IMG/VR virus record: IMGVR_UViG_3300027833_000025
Coordinates: 1 to 64,000 of that record
DNA: 64,000 nucleotides
DNA from: a virus
Strand: one strand, 5' to 3'
Below, one piece after another: positions 29,684-37,405 of the stretch. Under the pieces are notes generated by a model that did no database searches, was not told where the DNA came from, and saw only the letters and a list, made by a program, of their open reading frames with translations. Position 1 is the stretch's first letter. Every line of letters begins with the position of its first letter. Position numbers and translations under genes: made by a program.

Positions 29684-30350
29684 AAAACAGATTGATTTTT
29701 CAAATCTAATATCAATGCCATTAGACATACCATCCCCACCTGATATATCACAGGTGCTAGATAGTGAAACTGAAATGGTTTCAGATGATTATAGAGTTAG
29801 TCCTTCAATCGTATTAATGTCTCCTGAGGGAAGATGGATGCCAATTACAGACAAATTACCAGAATTTGTTGATTGGGCAGAAATGCACTTATTTCCATGG
29901 ACTATGCGTAGTCAGATGGTGGTCATAACTACACCTATAGGTAAAGCAATGGCCCCGCATATCGATTGCGCTCCAGATAAATTCAACACAGTTCAGCATA
30001 AATTTAGATATGTGTTCCGAGGCAACGTAACAGACCTTAGATGGATAACATCTAACGGATACGTTGTAAACCACGATACAAACAAACCGTATATTATTAG
30101 TGGTAGATGGCCTCATGATATGGTTAATACACATAGTGAAACAAAGTATACATTGTGTCTTGGCGCACCATGGGAAGCTAATCTCAATAATGAAATCTAC
30201 ACTGCGATGTTGCAAAAATCTTATTTAAAATACGGAGAAGATATGATGTCGTTTGATGATTGGGAATTACCAACTAATTGGAGGGAGTTTTTCAATCAGG
30301 AAAGATACGGAATTCCCCATGATCTAATTGCAAACTTCGACCAAACGTAA
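29676..30350 (+). CDS. Cupin/2OG-Fe(II) oxygenase-like protein
   Basis: MAPHID ... WPHDMVN ... KYTLCLG. Confidence 0.65.
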   Translation: MSKKQIDFSNLISMPLDIPSPPDISQVLDSETEMVSDDYRVSPSIVLMSPEGRWMPITDKLPEFVDWAEMHLFPWTMRSQMVVITTPIGKAMAPHIDCAPDKFNTVQHKFRYVFRGNVTDLRWITSNGYVVNHDTNKPYIISGRWPHDMVNTHSETKYTLCLGAPWEANLNNEIYTAMLQKSYLKYGEDMMSFDDWELPTNWREFFNQERYGIPHDLIANFDQT

Positions 30351-30378
30351 CATGATTAAAATAATTAGTTAAAAACTA

Positions 30379-30407
30379 TTGACAAGTGATGTTCATTATT
30401 GTATAAT
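30379..30407 (+). promoter_or_regulatory. Sigma70-type early promoter
   Basis: TTGACA-17-TATAAT. Confidence 0.85.
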
Positions 30408-30438
30408 AGGTCTTACATTAATCTAAGTGAGAAATATT

Positions 30439-30663
30439 ATGAATGCTGTAGAAATTGCAAAAATGGTTATCGATAATGGTTATTTGTCAGACGATGAAAA
30501 TAGATACGAAGATAATTCTATAAACTGGAATTTTGTGTCTGCTGATTTACATATTGATTCCCCGTTAGAAATTTCACGTGATGCAGAAGAAGAAGCATAT
30601 GATCTATTACAAGAATGCATCAATAAATTATGTGAGTCTGCTAATTCGCCGGTAGTACACTAA
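30439..30663 (+). CDS. Small acidic early protein
   Basis: INWNFVSADL motif; ATG 30439 preferred over GTG 30427. Confidence 0.65.
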   Translation: MNAVEIAKMVIDNGYLSDDENRYEDNSINWNFVSADLHIDSPLEISRDAEEEAYDLLQECINKLCESANSPVVH

Positions 30664-31211
30664 TGAATTTATTCATACTTGATAATGACCCAATAAAAGC
30701 AGCCCAACTACAATGTGATAAGCACGTAGTTAAAATGATTTTAGAGTCAGCACAGATGTTATCTACAGTTCATCGTATGTTAGATGGTAAGTTATACACA
30801 GCGCCTTCTAATTCAGGCAAGCGTATGGTAAAGAAATGGTCACATCCAGTACATGACGATGTATTGTACAAAGCGGTACATATGTATCATCCTTGTACTG
30901 AATGGACATTCGAATCAGATACCAACTATAAATGGCATTACACTCACTTTATAGCATTATGTGATGAATATACATATCGCTATGGAAAAGTACATGCATC
31001 AGATACTAAATTACGCAAAGTACTCAAAGCAATACCCACCAATATAGTAAGAAAATCAAAAACTGAATTCAGACTTGCAATGGGATCAAATCCAGAATGT
31101 ATGCATCCTGGCGATGCAGTTAGATCATATCGCGAGTTCTATATGACTAAGCAATCTAGATTTAAAATGACATGGACAGGTCGTTCAATACCTAAATGGT
31201 TTATATCTTAA
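30663..31211 (+). CDS. Pyrimidine-dimer glycosylase (DenV/Pyr_excise)-like protein
   Basis: MNLFILD.DP..AA...CDKHVVKMILESAQMLST, HPCT.W, EY.YRYGK.H. Confidence 0.75.
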   Translation: MNLFILDNDPIKAAQLQCDKHVVKMILESAQMLSTVHRMLDGKLYTAPSNSGKRMVKKWSHPVHDDVLYKAVHMYHPCTEWTFESDTNYKWHYTHFIALCDEYTYRYGKVHASDTKLRKVLKAIPTNIVRKSKTEFRLAMGSNPECMHPGDAVRSYREFYMTKQSRFKMTWTGRSIPKWFIS

Positions 31212-31218
31212 CTAATAC

Positions 31219-31247
31219 TTGACATGAAAGGCTTATTGTTGTATAAT
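31219..31247 (+). promoter_or_regulatory. Sigma70-type early promoter
   Basis: TTGACA-TGAAAGGCTTATTGTTG-TATAAT. Confidence 0.85.
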
Positions 31248-31302
31248 AGATAAGTGAATTAATAAAAGAATACTGATAAGTATATGTACAATTGGGTATT
31301 AG

Positions 31303-31692
31303 ATGAAAATAAGTGATGCATTAATGGATGCAGTACAAGAATTCTATGCAGTTTGTAAGACCGAACTTGGTGAAGAATTTGGTGGTGATCAGGCAATAGC
31401 GATGTTTGACGCACTAGACCCATCTATACGTGGTGGCATGTTAATGACTATGTTTGCTGGTGACAGCACTAAACATGCACTATTGCAGTATGATGTGACA
31501 GGCGATCAAGACACTTATATTGCTGCAATAAAGACGCTTCGTATAGTATTTGGATGGGAATTGAGAACTGCGAAAAGCGCAGTAGACACAGCAAGAGATC
31601 ATGGACAATACGATTTGGGTGTAACAGATCGTGCACAGAGAACGAAGTTAACAACAGCGTTATCAGGTTCTTCATGGCATATCAGGGATTGA
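31303..31692 (+). CDS. Protein with ribosomal L7/L12 C-terminal-like domain
   Basis: IAAIKTLRIVFGWELRTAKSAVD resembles the bL12 I.VIK.VR...GLGLKEAK..VE helix pair. Confidence 0.55.
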   Translation: MKISDALMDAVQEFYAVCKTELGEEFGGDQAIAMFDALDPSIRGGMLMTMFAGDSTKHALLQYDVTGDQDTYIAAIKTLRIVFGWELRTAKSAVDTARDHGQYDLGVTDRAQRTKLTTALSGSSWHIRD

Positions 31693-31717
31693 CAAATATA
31701 TACAATCATAGTATAAT
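31689..31717 (+). promoter_or_regulatory. Sigma70-type promoter of queC
   Basis: TTGACA-17-TATAAT. Confidence 0.8.
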
Positions 31718-31740
31718 GATTTAATAATTAAGAGGAATTT

Positions 31741-32481
31741 ATGACATTAAACGAAGTAATGAATACATTACCTGATACAGACAAAGTAGTTATTACACAT
31801 AGTGGCGGACTTGATAGTTCAACGGCTGTTATTATTGCAGCACACAAATATGGTGCTGACAATGTATACTCAGTTGGTTATGATTACGGACAAAAGCAGC
31901 GAGTAGAACTTGAACGTGCAGAACAATTATGTGATAAACTTGGTGTTCATCGTAAATTGTTTGATCTTTCTATTCTAGGAGAAATTGCAAAACCTATGAG
32001 TGCAAACATTGCGGGCACTGATATTGATATGCCTACTATTCAAGATGTATTAGGTGAACCGCAGCCTTCTACATATGTACCATATCGTAATATGATCTTA
32101 TTTTCATTGACTGCTGCGTATGCAGAAGCGATGGGTGCAGAGTATGTGTTTGCTGGTATTCAAGCAACCGATGCATATGGTTATTGGGATACTACGCCTA
32201 GTTTCGCAAACGCATTGAATGATGTAATGAGTATGAATCGCAACTGTCCTGTACAAATAGTAGCACCATTTAATACATTGACAAAGGATGAAGAGATTGC
32301 GCTATTAGAGGAACTTGATTTGGTACATTTATATGAGCATACATTGACATGTTATGATCCTGATATTGATGGTAAGTCTTGTGGTGTATGTCCGAGTTGT
32401 GCAGAACGTATCAAAGCATTCATGGATAGGTCTATTGCAGATCCTATTGAATATCAGATTACTATACCTTGGCGATTGTAG
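31741..32481 (+). CDS. queC: 7-cyano-7-deazaguanine synthase QueC-like
   Basis: SGGLDS PP-loop, YGQ, TYVPYRN, TCY...CGVCPSC. Confidence 0.9.
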   Translation: MTLNEVMNTLPDTDKVVITHSGGLDSSTAVIIAAHKYGADNVYSVGYDYGQKQRVELERAEQLCDKLGVHRKLFDLSILGEIAKPMSANIAGTDIDMPTIQDVLGEPQPSTYVPYRNMILFSLTAAYAEAMGAEYVFAGIQATDAYGYWDTTPSFANALNDVMSMNRNCPVQIVAPFNTLTKDEEIALLEELDLVHLYEHTLTCYDPDIDGKSCGVCPSCAERIKAFMDRSIADPIEYQITIPWRL

Positions 32482-32484
32482 GCG

Positions 32485-33081
32485 ATGTGTAGTATATTTG
32501 GTAGTTATTATGTTGGTGAGTTTAATGAGTTAGCAGAATTGAATTCACATAGAGGAAACCATTCATTTTCAACAGCAATGTATGATGGAAAATCATTAGA
32601 AATAATTGATAAAAGTTTGGGTAAGTTTGAACTTAGTGAAACCCGATCTGGTTCATTGCATGTCGGACATGTGCAAGCACCTACTACATCTGAAAGGACT
32701 ATTTCATCTGTTCACCCATCTGAACTAGACGAAACATTATTATGGCACAATGGTATTATAAAAGAAGAACAATTGAAGAAATGGAATTATCATTCAAATT
32801 GGGATACTGCATGTTTGCACAAACACATTGTTAGTAATATATTAAAGTTGAGCGAAGTAGATGGTTCATTCGCATGTATATATTTTAAAGAAGAAACATT
32901 ATATATGTGGAGAAATGAAAACTGTCCTATGTTTGTGAGAGGTGCTAGTTTCTCGTCAGTTAAATTTAAAGGTGCTGATAAGATTGATGCGAATGTTATA
33001 TATAAATTAGAAAATAAGAAATGGGTAAAAACAAATAATAAATTTAATACAAATAAAACTTTTTTCTGGATTCCGGGTTGA
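32485..33081 (+). CDS. Class II (Ntn) glutamine amidotransferase
   Basis: N-terminal MCSIFG, HRG, HNGII, WDT, GSFA. Confidence 0.8.
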   Translation: MCSIFGSYYVGEFNELAELNSHRGNHSFSTAMYDGKSLEIIDKSLGKFELSETRSGSLHVGHVQAPTTSERTISSVHPSELDETLLWHNGIIKEEQLKKWNYHSNWDTACLHKHIVSNILKLSEVDGSFACIYFKEETLYMWRNENCPMFVRGASFSSVKFKGADKIDANVIYKLENKKWVKTNNKFNTNKTFFWIPG

Positions 33082-33125
33082 TAAATAGAAACTCATAAGC
33101 AAAGAGCAATAGTAGTGTATATTGG

Positions 33126-33202
33126 GGGTCTATAGCTCAGTTGGTTAGAGCATCCGACTCATAATCGGCAGGTCCTCAGTTCAAGTCTGAGTAGACCCAC
33201 CA
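33126..33202 (+). tRNA. tRNA-Ile2 (CAT, lysidine type) most likely
   Basis: Full cloverleaf GGGTCTA/TAGACCC, CCGA-CTCATAA-TCGG arm as in ileX, encoded CCA; GATAAATA at 33080-33087. Confidence 0.85.
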
Positions 33203-33236
33203 ATATACATTAATGTCAAATTAAATCAAAAAAAGG

Positions 33237-33265
33237 TTGACAAGTAAGGCTCCTTGTTGTATAAT
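33237..33265 (+). promoter_or_regulatory. Early promoter (AGTAAGG family)
   Basis: TTGACA-AGTAAGGCTCCTTGTTG-TATAAT. Confidence 0.85.
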
Positions 33266-33297
33266 TAGTATAGTTAATGAGTTAAGGAGAGTATGAA

Positions 33298-33423
33298 ATG
33301 AAAGCAAGAAATTTAGTATCAAAGAATGCACGCACATTCAATAAGAGTGCAGTAATGGTTGATCGTAAAAAATCTTTAAAGCGTGGTGTTGTTAAGCATA
33401 AGCATCATATCAATAATGCATAA
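33298..33423 (+). CDS. 41-aa basic peptide (not in ORF track)
   Basis: AAGGAG RBS; MKARNLVSKNARTFNKSAVMVDRKKSLKRGVVKHKHHINNA. Confidence 0.7.
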   Translation: MKARNLVSKNARTFNKSAVMVDRKKSLKRGVVKHKHHINNA

Positions 33424-33461
33424 AGAACATATCAAAATAAATTAAATAGAGTAATATTATT

Positions 33462-33686
33462 ATGGAAGGTTTATTAGAAATCACAGGTGGTGAATTTCCA
33501 CCTCACACATATTTTTTGAATCCTGAAGGAAAGTTGTTTGCTTATATACGTGTACATGATGATACACTTATTGAATTCAAGAAACCTCTATCATTCTATA
33601 AGTCAAGACGTAAATTTAAAAAAGTAACGCACGACACATTTACAGAAAATTATTCAGAAAACTTTCGTAAAAAGGAAAAGGTATGA
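33462..33686 (+). CDS. Small hypothetical protein
   Basis: 74 aa. Confidence 0.65.
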   Translation: MEGLLEITGGEFPPHTYFLNPEGKLFAYIRVHDDTLIEFKKPLSFYKSRRKFKKVTHDTFTENYSENFRKKEKV

Positions 33687-33898
33687 TTTTATTCAGTGGA
33701 CGCTCGAAAAAAAATATTGGGTGGGAAGTTGCAGCATTGCGCAAATATAAAAATTTCTCAGATGGGGTATCATTAGTTGACTTCAAGTTAAGTGTCATGC
33801 GTGGTGACTTCACGCTATATACTCCCATCTTTCAATTATACATTGAATTACTAAACATCACAATATTAGAGTTCAATATTGTAAAAATTGAACATTAA
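33683..33898 (+). CDS. Small hypothetical protein
   Basis: 71 aa, ATGA overlap. Confidence 0.55.
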   Translation: MILFSGRSKKNIGWEVAALRKYKNFSDGVSLVDFKLSVMRGDFTLYTPIFQLYIELLNITILEFNIVKIEH

Positions 33899-33907
33899 AC
33901 CGAATAT

Positions 33908-33984
33908 CTCCACTTAGCTCAGTTGGATAGAGCAAGTGCCTTCTAAGCACTAGGTCAGGGGTTCGAATCCTCTAGTGGAGGCCA
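33908..33984 (+). tRNA. tRNA-Arg (TCT)
   Basis: CTCCACT/AGTGGAG acceptor, AGTGC-CTTCTAA-GCACT, GGTTCGAATCC, encoded CCA. Confidence 0.93.
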
Positions 33985-34003
33985 CCATTAACGAGATTGT
34001 ATT

Positions 34004-34807
34004 ATGTCTACCGCAAATATTTACCCACAAGTCACATTAAATACTCTACTAAAACATGATGAAATTGAAGAAATGCACAAGTACTATGACGAACGGGCAT
34101 CAAGCAGTCTTTTATCAGTTAGCATAGAAGGTGCATTGGCTGTATTACTCTATATGAATAGAACTCATGTATTCCCTGAGTCCATGAGTCTGTTCACAAA
34201 CTGCTGCGACGGCAATACACTTAATGCAACAATTCCTCTTGCAGAAGATTACGCAAACGCTGCTGATATATTTTCATATTGGGAAAATAAGTTCTTCATG
34301 TCAAAATTAAGTGATGATATTACACTTACTTCCTGGAGGAAAAAACTGCTGCATATGTGTAGTAATCGAAATACACCAATGATGGAATCGTACAAGAAGT
34401 TATTAATGACGTTGCCGCGAATCACTTCGTATGAAAAACGCACTGATGCTATTGCTGAAAAATATGTGTCTCATGATTATAATCATCGCTCTCATTGTGA
34501 ATTTGAGGGATTACAGTTACGTCTTATCGAAAAATATAGACATGATACAATGCGACAAAAAGCATTTGTATATAGGTTGACAGACAATCACAATAAGGTA
34601 TATGAATTGTCCGTTTCAAGAAACCGCGATAGTGAGCATACTATGGCTGACTTGGTTAGCGCAGCATCGGCATTTGATGCAATCTTTGCCATAACAGGTA
34701 GTGTGAGATTGGATGGTAGAGGACAATTAAAACCACTTAACAATGTTCTTCATGATAAGTTTCTTTATAAGACGCTAGAGAATATTACTTCAATTACTCC
34801 TATATGA
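34004..34807 (+). CDS. Hypothetical protein
   Basis: 267-aa ORF. Confidence 0.7.
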   Translation: MSTANIYPQVTLNTLLKHDEIEEMHKYYDERASSSLLSVSIEGALAVLLYMNRTHVFPESMSLFTNCCDGNTLNATIPLAEDYANAADIFSYWENKFFMSKLSDDITLTSWRKKLLHMCSNRNTPMMESYKKLLMTLPRITSYEKRTDAIAEKYVSHDYNHRSHCEFEGLQLRLIEKYRHDTMRQKAFVYRLTDNHNKVYELSVSRNRDSEHTMADLVSAASAFDAIFAITGSVRLDGRGQLKPLNNVLHDKFLYKTLENITSITPI

Positions 34808-35565
34808 TTGATTTGATACATGGTGACAATATTGAAATAATGAAGGAAATGCCAGATGGTTCGGTTGATCTAACAGTCACGAGTCCTCCATATGATAATT
34901 TGCGCACCTACAATGGAAATAATGATCAATGGGGAGAACAAGTATGGAAAGACGTATTAACTGATCTATTTCGAGTCACAACTGATGGTGGTGTAATAGT
35001 TTGGATAGTTGCAGACGCGACAATTGAAGGAAGCGAAACTGGCACATCGTTTAAGCAAGCATTATGGGCTAAAGAGTGTGGGTTTCGCTTACATGATACA
35101 ATGATCTATCAAAAGTCACAGTCGTTTACTGGATCAAAATATGCATACTTTAATAGTTTTGAGTATATGTTTGTATTCAGTAAAGGTAGACCAAAAACAT
35201 TTAATGCGATCAAGGATAGAAAAAATGTTAGAGGCGGTATGACTGAAAGCACCGCTAAGTCTGGCATGAAAAAAGATGGAACTATCCCTGATAGAGTGTA
35301 CAAAACAGCAGCAGAATATGGCAAACGAAAAAACATTTGGGAATATGGTGTTGGTGGTGGTAAGATTCCGCATCCTGCTGTGTTTCCACTAAAGATGGCC
35401 CAAGATCATATACTCTCATGGAGTAATGAGGGTGATGTTGTGTTTGACCCGTTCATGGGAAGTGGCACAACAGGATTAGCTGCAATTAATCTAAATCGTG
35501 ATTTCATTGGCATTGAGTTAGATACGAACTACTTTAAAATATGTAAGGAACGTATTGTAAAATAA
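34804..35565 (+). CDS. DNA amino-methyltransferase, beta class (probably m4C)
   Basis: TSPPY precedes HPAVFP and DPFMGSGTTG. Confidence 0.92.
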   Translation: MIDLIHGDNIEIMKEMPDGSVDLTVTSPPYDNLRTYNGNNDQWGEQVWKDVLTDLFRVTTDGGVIVWIVADATIEGSETGTSFKQALWAKECGFRLHDTMIYQKSQSFTGSKYAYFNSFEYMFVFSKGRPKTFNAIKDRKNVRGGMTESTAKSGMKKDGTIPDRVYKTAAEYGKRKNIWEYGVGGGKIPHPAVFPLKMAQDHILSWSNEGDVVFDPFMGSGTTGLAAINLNRDFIGIELDTNYFKICKERIVK

Positions 35566-35568
35566 GTG

Positions 35569-35597
35569 TTGACAAGTAAGGATCCTTGTGTTATAAT
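35569..35597 (+). promoter_or_regulatory. Early promoter (AGTAAGG family)
   Basis: TTGACA-AGTAAGGATCCTTGTGT-TATAAT. Confidence 0.88.
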
Positions 35598-35633
35598 TAT
35601 TGTATAAGTTAATTAATTAAAGAGAGAAAGACT

Positions 35634-35906
35634 ATGATTAAAACAGCAAAAGGTATGAAAGTTTACGAGCAGTGGTCACATGCATACGTGCGCGACCTTG
35701 ATGGTGTCGTATTATGGAAGTCTAATGATCGTAGTCCATTCGCGGATGTGCTAGGTGATTTCCTAGCATTCGGTTACATTAGTCAGGTATCTTATGATAA
35801 CACTGTCATTGCAAAAGAAGAGCAGGATATGGTGGCAGTAGAAGCATACCTTAATCGCAAGCCTACTGGTGAGCAATTATTTGAACGCAACGCTAATCGG
35901 TTTTAA
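35634..35906 (+). CDS. Small early hypothetical protein
   Basis: 90 aa. Confidence 0.7.
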   Translation: MIKTAKGMKVYEQWSHAYVRDLDGVVLWKSNDRSPFADVLGDFLAFGYISQVSYDNTVIAKEEQDMVAVEAYLNRKPTGEQLFERNANRF

Positions 35907-35909
35907 ATC

Positions 35910-36116
35910 ATGAACACATCTAGTCATTTTAGAGAAAGTATTGTTGTAGACATATCAGGTGAGCAAGGTTCTGAGCAGAATCTAATCGCATTGGCAACTA
36001 GTTTTGCCAAGCCTGATCACGAAGATATCGTAAGAGATATGAAGAGTGGTGACTACGAGCATTTAGTAAATGTATTCGATGAACATTTCAGTGATATCGT
36101 TACATTAGTAGCATAG
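35910..36116 (+). CDS. Small early protein, paralog of 26071-26307
   Basis: MKSGDYEHLVNVFDEHF. Confidence 0.65.
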   Translation: MNTSSHFRESIVVDISGEQGSEQNLIALATSFAKPDHEDIVRDMKSGDYEHLVNVFDEHFSDIVTLVA

Positions 36117-36127
36117 AATATTTAAAT

Positions 36128-36454
36128 AGGAGATAGAAGATGTCTAACAAAACTGATGATACAGAAATCTACGTATACGCATGGTTGATTGTTACTGCGG
36201 TTATTCTCATTCCTGCGTTGCTGCTTGGTGGTGGTCCAGGTTGGATTTTTGGTGCCCCGATATTGGCAGCAGTGTCTATGCTGGTAGGTAACAGTGGCAA
36301 CAACAATGATGATGATGATGATGATGATGATAGCGGACCTAGACGTAAATCCTCTATAGGAAAAACAGTTCTTATAGGTGGCGGCGCAGCAGCAGCAGGA
36401 TATGCGTTAGGTAAGAAATTAGAACTTTAAAAGTTTAAGGAGATAGAAGATGTC
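36128..36454 (+). repeat. 17-bp direct repeat (RBS + start) flanking gene 36140-36430
   Basis: AGGAGATAGAAGATGTC at 36128-36144 and 36438-36454. Confidence 0.85.
36140..36430 (+). CDS. Early membrane protein (2 TM, poly-Asp linker, Gly/Ala tail)
   Basis: Hydrophobic hairpin; (GAT)8 at 36308-36331; tail shared with 14225-14917. Confidence 0.75.
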   Translation: MSNKTDDTEIYVYAWLIVTAVILIPALLLGGGPGWIFGAPILAAVSMLVGNSGNNNDDDDDDDDSGPRRKSSIGKTVLIGGGAAAAGYALGKKLEL

Positions 36455-36692
36455 GTTTGAAGTAACTAAACAAGGTAAACTATGTGATCAATTAGAGTCA
36501 CTTGCCTATGATTGGGTATTATATAGTATTGAGGAGCAGTATGGTGTTGAAAGTACTGACGATTTAGGTGTTGAACAGATTAATGAGATTGAAGATTATC
36601 TGGAAGACGAAGAAAATTATATTGAGGGTTACTGTAGGATGGTACTACGAGGTATGATTGACAATCACGAATCACGAGAGGAGATTGAATAA
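36450..36692 (+). CDS. Small acidic early protein
   Basis: 80 aa. Confidence 0.65.
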   Translation: MSFEVTKQGKLCDQLESLAYDWVLYSIEEQYGVESTDDLGVEQINEIEDYLEDEENYIEGYCRMVLRGMIDNHESREEIE

Positions 36693-37336
36693 TGGCAAAT
36701 CATGTACACTTTTATGTGCAATTTCATCAAATCAATAATGATGCACGCACAAAACTGAAAGAGATGTTTGGACGTATTCGTGATGATGCACCGCACAAAT
36801 GGTTTTCTGATATCTTTGTTGAGGGCGACTTGACATATGAAGAGACAGAAAAGTATGAGTGGACTACCTCTAACATAGGCCCTAAGTGGAGTTATTTTGA
36901 GGATTTTTCTGCCGAAGAGGATGATGTATATTTCTCTGGAGAATCTGCATGGAGTTCCCCAGAACAGGGGTTGGAGAAATTACTAGGTATTCTGGTAGAA
37001 TATGATCCTAAAATCATTACATCTATTTCATATGAGGATGAAGGGCCAAACTTCTTTGGTGCAGATATCTATGAAGGTGAGGAAATGTATGATGGTATTG
37101 AACATGATTATGAAGAAACCATTGATCTTGTTATTAATGATTCTGAACGATTGACAGAAGAGTCTTACGTTGATGATGAATGGGTTGACGATGAAGCAGA
37201 AGATGCTTTCCATGAAGAAATGTGGGAAACAATCAATAATACTCAAGCCAGTCTAATTGGTGAATGTCTTGAAGCAATTAAGAGGGATCAAGAAGAGCAG
37301 ATAAAGAATGAGAATTGGCAAACTTATTGTAATTAG
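36692..37336 (+). CDS. Acidic protein, YubB/DUF1281 ferredoxin-like
   Basis: MANHV, YEW...NIGPKW, ESAWSSP, YEDEG. Confidence 0.55.
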   Translation: MANHVHFYVQFHQINNDARTKLKEMFGRIRDDAPHKWFSDIFVEGDLTYEETEKYEWTTSNIGPKWSYFEDFSAEEDDVYFSGESAWSSPEQGLEKLLGILVEYDPKIITSISYEDEGPNFFGADIYEGEEMYDGIEHDYEETIDLVINDSERLTEESYVDDEWVDDEAEDAFHEEMWETINNTQASLIGECLEAIKRDQEEQIKNENWQTYCN

Positions 37337-37339
37337 GGG

Positions 37340-37368
37340 TTGACAAGTAAGGCGCCTTGTGTTATAAT
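37340..37368 (+). promoter_or_regulatory. Early promoter (AGTAAGG family)
   Basis: TTGACA-AGTAAGGCGCCTTGTGT-TATAAT; near-identical to the 35569 copy. Confidence 0.88.
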
Positions 37369-37405
37369 TATTGTATAAGTTAATTAAAGCAAGGAAGTAA
37401 AGAGT

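Noticed and set aside
31303-31330. MKISDAL as a capsid-targeting leader
   Set aside because: It is under an early promoter and has no [ILV]xE cut site nearby; it shows the leader pattern can arise by chance.
31741-33081. Complete QatABCD or type IV CBASS defence system
   Set aside because: No adjacent KAP ATPase, TatD, cyclase or TGT genes.
33126-33202. tRNA-Met or initiator assignment of the CAT tRNA
   Set aside because: It has a paired 1-72 position, no triple G-C anticodon stem, and an ileX-like anticodon arm; elongator Met is not fully excluded.
33982-33987. CCACCA after tRNA-Arg as a degradation tag
   Set aside because: It is genomically encoded with a fully paired acceptor stem; most likely ordinary trailer.
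36308-36331. (GAT)8 as a phase-variation switch
   Set aside because: Triplet slippage keeps the frame and would only change linker length.
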